From assembly GCA_030390025.1 (NCBI GenBank), contig JASTWF010000347.1, forward strand, positions 124,001 to 188,000: a stretch of DNA of 64,000 nt. Reading direction: 5' to 3'. Positions 59,577-64,000 of this stretch are shown piece by piece (the stretch's first letter is position 1; every line of letters starts with the position of its first letter). The notes below the pieces were generated by a model. It had not been told where the DNA came from and did no database searches. It saw nothing but the letters and a program-made list of their open reading frames with translations. Source of the stretch: Squalus acanthias. Taxonomy: Eukaryota. The translations under genes and the position numbers were made by a program.

Positions 59577-60614
59577 TCACTTGTGAACTCTCTGGTGTCT
59601 CAGCTGGCTGGATGAACGAGTGAATCCCTTCCCACACTCAGAGCAGGTGAACAGCCTCTCCCCAGTGTGAACTCGCTGGTGATTCAGCAGGGTGGATGAC
59701 TGAGCGAATCCCTTCCCACACACGGAGCACATGAATGGCCTCTCCCCAGTGTGAACGTGCTGGTGTATCAGGAGGGTGGATGAACGAGTGAATCCCTTCC
59801 CACACTCAGAGCAGGTGAATGGCCTCTCCCCAGTGTGAACTTGCTGGTGTCTCAGCAGGTGGGATGACTGAGCGAATCCCTTCCCACATACGGTGCAGGT
59901 GAACGGCCTCTCTCCAGTGTGGGTGCGCTGGTGTACGGTGAGTTCAGATGACTGCCTGAACCCAGTCCCGCAGTGAGAGCACCTGAATGGCCTCTCCCCA
60001 GTGTGAGTGCGCTGGTGTACAGTGAGTTCAGATGATCGCCTGAACCCAGTCCCGCAGTGAGAGCACCTGAATGGCCTCTCCCCAGTGTGAGTGCGCTGGT
60101 GGACAGTGAGTTCAGATGATCGCCTGAACCCAGTCCCGCAGTGAGAGCACCTGAACGGTCTCTCTCCAGTGTGAACATGTTGATGGTACGTCAGTTCCCC
60201 GGAACTTTTATAGCACTTCCCGCAGTCCGGGCATTTAAAAGGTCTCTCATCAGTGTGAACTCGCTGGTGATTCAGCAGGGTGGATGACTGAGTGAATCCC
60301 TTCCCACACACAGAGCAGGTGAACGGCCTCTCCCCAGTGTGAACTTGCTGGTGTCTCAGCAGCTCACTTCTGCTTTTAAATCTCTTCTCACAGTCAGAAC
60401 ATTTAAACGGTCTCTTATCAGTGTGAACTCGCTGGTGTGTCTGAAGGTCGGATGAGTGAATGAATCTCTTCCCACACACAGAGCAGGTGAACGGCCTCTC
60501 CCCGGTGTGAACTCGCTTGTGTCTCAATAGGCCAGAGGATTGGCTGAATCCTCGTCCACACACACAACACGTGTACGGTTTCTCCCCACTGTGAACGGTG
60601 CTTTTTGCTTCCAT
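59577..60614 (-). CDS. C2H2 zinc-finger protein ZNF-J, 12 fingers, intact (345 aa)
   Basis: [23 protein letters not shown], uninterrupted; acceptor TTTTACAG near 60723-60730. Confidence 0.9.
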   Translation of the reverse strand: MEAKSTVHSGEKPYTCCVCGRGFSQSSGLLRHKRVHTGERPFTCSVCGKRFIHSSDLQTHQRVHTDKRPFKCSDCEKRFKSRSELLRHQQVHTGERPFTCSVCGKGFTQSSTLLNHQRVHTDERPFKCPDCGKCYKSSGELTYHQHVHTGERPFRCSHCGTGFRRSSELTVHQRTHTGERPFRCSHCGTGFRRSSELTVHQRTHTGERPFRCSHCGTGFRQSSELTVHQRTHTGERPFTCTVCGKGFAQSSHLLRHQQVHTGERPFTCSECGKGFTRSSTLLIHQHVHTGERPFMCSVCGKGFAQSSTLLNHQRVHTGERLFTCSECGKGFTRSSSQLRHQRVHK

Positions 60615-61029
60615 GTTCAGAGGCCGGTGACATTCAGATCCGATAGGTCGAGTGACTCTGTCAGATCTTGACGTGATGTTTGGTTTGAGCTTACCGTCTG
60701 TAAATCCTCCCCTTCTAATACCCTGTAAAATTAATTTAAAACAGGGAGCGTGAGAGAGAACCCAGAAAAAAACAAAGGCAGGTTGTGAAATTGAGCTCAG
60801 TGAATCTGGTCATTTGTGGGGCCGGCACTAGAAAAAAGTGACCATGAAAGCTGCCGGATTGTCATAAAAACCCAACTGGTTCACTAATGTCCCTCAGGGA
60901 AGGGAATCCGCCACCTGGTCTGGGCCTACACAAGACTCTGGCCTCTATGAGAGGAGAGAGAGAGGTGGGAGTGGGAGGGGTCGAAGGAGAGGAACTTTAT
61001 ACATCTGCAACTGAACCAGAACTTTGACA

Positions 61030-61340
61030 GAACATCCCAAAGCCGCGACCTCCACCACCTAGAAGGACAAGGGCAGCTGTTGCATGGGAGCACCATCATC
61101 TCCAAGTTCCCCTCCATGTCACACACCATCCTGACTCAGATATATATAGTCATTCCTTCATCGTTGCTGGGTCAAAATCCTGGAACTCCTTACCGAACAG
61201 CACTGTGGGAGGACCTTCACCACACGGACTGCAGCAGTTCAAGAAGGCGGCTCACCAGCCCCTTCTCAAAGGGCAACTGGGGATTGGCCATATTTGCTGC
61301 TCTTGCTAGCAGCGCCCACATCCCAAGAATGAATTAAAAC
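61030..61340 (+). mobile_element. LINE 3' fragment (duplicate of 19440-19735)
   Basis: Direct sequence match. Confidence 0.8.
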
Positions 61341-61911
61341 AAATCTGTATATGTAAACTGGATTAAAAGCCTGTACAGAAATACTTGTTCTTAAAACAAT
61401 ACTCTTTTACATTGTAGGGACAGTGTCTGTTTAACAACCTAATCTCCCCCAGAATCCACCTCCCTTGACAGTCTCACATTGGAAATTGTTGGGTCCTCCC
61501 GGGCTCAGAAGTACTGGGGGTTAAACTCAGCAGCTTCTCCTCCATCTCCACTCCAGCTCAAACTGATGCAAGAAAAAGACCTACACAGGCGGCCAGGGAC
61601 CTACCTTCCGTCAGCCTGCAATAAAACTCTTCCCGACAGCCGCTGACTAATGGTGGCCACAGCACCCACAATCCCCCGCGCCCCAGAAACCGCTCTATCC
61701 AAGGCGCTGATTTCCCCGCTGAGAGTGCGCATGCTCCCCGGGGCCACGGGCCATTCTGGGAGCCTGGCTCCTGTCCTTTGTCCCGAGTCGGACTCGGTGG
61801 AACCGGCTGAAGAAACCGGGAAGCGGCGGCTCGGATGGGGGAGGCGCTGCACCCTGGGTTTCCTGGTGCCGGGGCCCTGGCCGCACGTCTGCCGGGCCCG
61901 GCCGTTCTGAT

Positions 61912-63160
61912 TCTGATTGAGTTTTTTGATGAGGTAACAGAGAGGGTTGTTGAGGGTAATGCGGTTGACGTGGTGTAGATGGATTTCCAAAAGGCGTTCG
62001 ACATGTGCCACATAAGAGGCTTGCCAGCAAAGTTGAAGCTCATGGAATAAAAGCGACAATGGCAGCATGAATACGAAACTGGCTAAGTGACAGAAAACAG
62101 AGAATAGTGGTGAACGGTTGTTTTTCGGACTGGAGGAAGGTACACAGTGGTGTGCCCCAGGGGTCGGTACTAGGGCCACTGCTTTACTTGACATATATTA
62201 ATGACTTAGACTTGGGTGTACAGGGTACAGTTTCAAAATTTGCAGATGACACAAAACTTGGAAGTATAGTGAACAGTGGGGAGGATAGTGACAGACTTCA
62301 AGAAGACATAGACAGGCTGGTGGAATGGGCGGACACGTGGGAGATGAAATTTAATGCAGAAAAGTGCGAAGTGGTACATTTTGGTAGGAAGAACGAGGAG
62401 AGGCAATATAAACTAAAGGGTACAATTCTAAAGTGGGTGCATGAACAGAGAGACTGGGGGTATGTGTGCACAAATCGTTGAAGGTGGCAGGGCAGGTTGA
62501 GAAAGCGGTTGAAAAAGCATACGGGATCCTAGGCTTTATAAAGAGAGGCATAGAGTCCAAAAGCAAGGAAGTTATGATGAACATTTATAAAACACTGGTT
62601 CGGCCTCAACTGGATTATTGTGTCCAATTCTGGGCACCGCACTTTATGAAGGATGTGAAGGCCTTAGAGAGGGTGCAGAAAAGATTTACAAGAATGGTTC
62701 CAGGGATGAGGGACTTCAGTTACGTGGATAGACTGGAGAAGCTGGGGTTGTTCTCCTTAGAGCAGAGAAGGTTGAGAGGAGATTTGATAGAGGTGTTCAT
62801 AATCATAAGGGTTCTGGACAGAGTAGATAGAGAGAAACTGTTCCCATTGGCGGAAGGGTCGAGAACCAGAGGACACAGATTTAAGGTGATTGGCAGAAGA
62901 ACCAAAGGCGACATGAGGAAAAACTTTTTTACGCAGCGAGTGGTTAGGATCTGGAATGCACTGCCTGAAAGGGTGGTGGAGGGAGATTCAATCACGGCTT
63001 TCAAAAGGGAATTGGATAAGTACCTGAAGGAAAGAAATTTGCAGGGCTACGGGGAAAGGGCGGGGAGTGGGACTAGCTGAAGTGATCTTGCAGAGAGCCG
63101 GCACGGGCTCGACGGGCTGAATGGCCTCCTTCTGTGCTGGAACCATTCTATGATTCTATA
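61912..63160 (+). mobile_element. CR1 3' half (duplicate of 20165-22176, lacking the LTR)
   Basis: ORFs 62107..62481 and 62466..63080. Confidence 0.93.
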
Positions 63161-63319
63161 AAATATTAGAAAGTTTGTGCCACAGAAGCACGGGGTTTAT
63201 CTGCTTTTATTCATGAATTTAAAAAGTCTGTATTAAAACCTGAGCCAGTGTGTTGTGAGACAAAGAGCCTTGTGTCCAATAAGGGGAATAAAGGCCCACA
63301 GCCTCCCCTGGCCCCGGGC

Positions 63320-63900
63320 CCTGAACAAGGGACTGGAGAAACTCGCTGCCCCGCGGATCAGACAATCAGCCGGCGCTAGTCCCGCCCCTCGGGCTCCCCG
63401 ATTGGTTGGAGGACCCGCCGCCGGCTCGCTCCTCCAGCCCGCCCCGCTCGCTCCCTATTGGTCGGAAACTCCCGTCAATCAGGCCGCGGGCCCGGGTCAC
63501 GTGTCCCCGAGGAGATCACGTGCTTCGTCCAACTGACGCCGCTCGGTCCGGGGCCTCGCGGACTCTGAGGTTTTTCTATTTCTCTTTATTCTCTCCCGAT
63601 CCACCCCTCCCCCCCACCCCGCGCGATTCACCACCCAATCGGAGCGGAGAAAACTCACTTTGCGTCACCGATCGCGACTCTGTAACCGACACCTTTCCCC
63701 GGAATGCCCCGCGCCGACTCCGTCCGACGTGATCCGACCGCGCAGGCGCAGCTCCGAGTGGGGGAGGCGGGTTGGTGTCCTCTGGGCATGCGCGGTTATT
63801 ACCCTTGGCGACCGGGAGGTGTCGCTGTGCCGGACTCGGCCCAAACCGCCGTTCCGCGTGCGCATGCGCGGACTCTGAACCAACAGCCAGAAGAGGTCGC
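63320..63900. promoter_or_regulatory. CpG island with the type-1 core (duplicate of 22340-22890)
   Basis: Same CCAAT/GC/E-box core; TGCGCATGCGCG near 63859. Confidence 0.65.
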
Positions 63901-63914
63901 TGGTGAGACCAGTG

Positions 63915-64000
63915 AAGAAAGACTTGCATTTCTGTAGCGCCTTTCACCACCACCCGACGTCCCAAAGCGCTTTACAGCCAATGAAGTACTTTTTGAAGTG
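63915..64000 (-). mobile_element. SINE 3' tail (Deu/L2-tail family)
   Basis: GAAAGACTTGCATTT..GTCCCAAAGCGCTTTACAGCCAATGAAGTAC is the reverse of 29100-29185. Confidence 0.75.

Overview
Eukaryotic, vertebrate DNA. The repeat content (CR1 LINEs with (CATAAGAA)n or (CATAGAAT)n tails, a Deu-domain tRNA SINE, Penelope-type ends) suggests a cartilaginous fish; this is inference. The window is a tandem cluster of ten C2H2 zinc-finger (ZNF) loci, labelled A-J here, in mixed orientation. None shows a KRAB, SCAN or BTB domain. They are built from a shared cassette: a CpG-rich promoter (CCAAT, GC, NRF1 and YY1-like sites), an intron, one finger-array exon behind a TTTTACAG acceptor, and a conserved ~150-nt 3' tail. 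Between the genes lie nested CR1, L2 and Tx1 LINE fragments, SINEs, two LTRs, many minisatellites, a 4.16-kb Harbinger/PIF DNA transposon (open transposase ORF plus a 3-exon Myb/SANT gene with one nonsense codon) and two related MITE copies. About 12.8-22.9 kb is segmentally duplicated at about 46.2-63.9 kb, which supplies empty-site controls for several insertions. Most notable: (1) in-frame TGA codons shared between paralogues, followed by long finger ORFs that start at ACG or ATG in an identical strong Kozak context; (2) a 139-bp promoter core between inverted repeats, found in both orientations; (3) an in-frame ZNF-CR1 ORF2 fusion; (4) hammerhead-ribozyme-like motifs, one inside a 125-bp palindrome; (5) inverted 30-bp arrays bracketing one ZNF gene.
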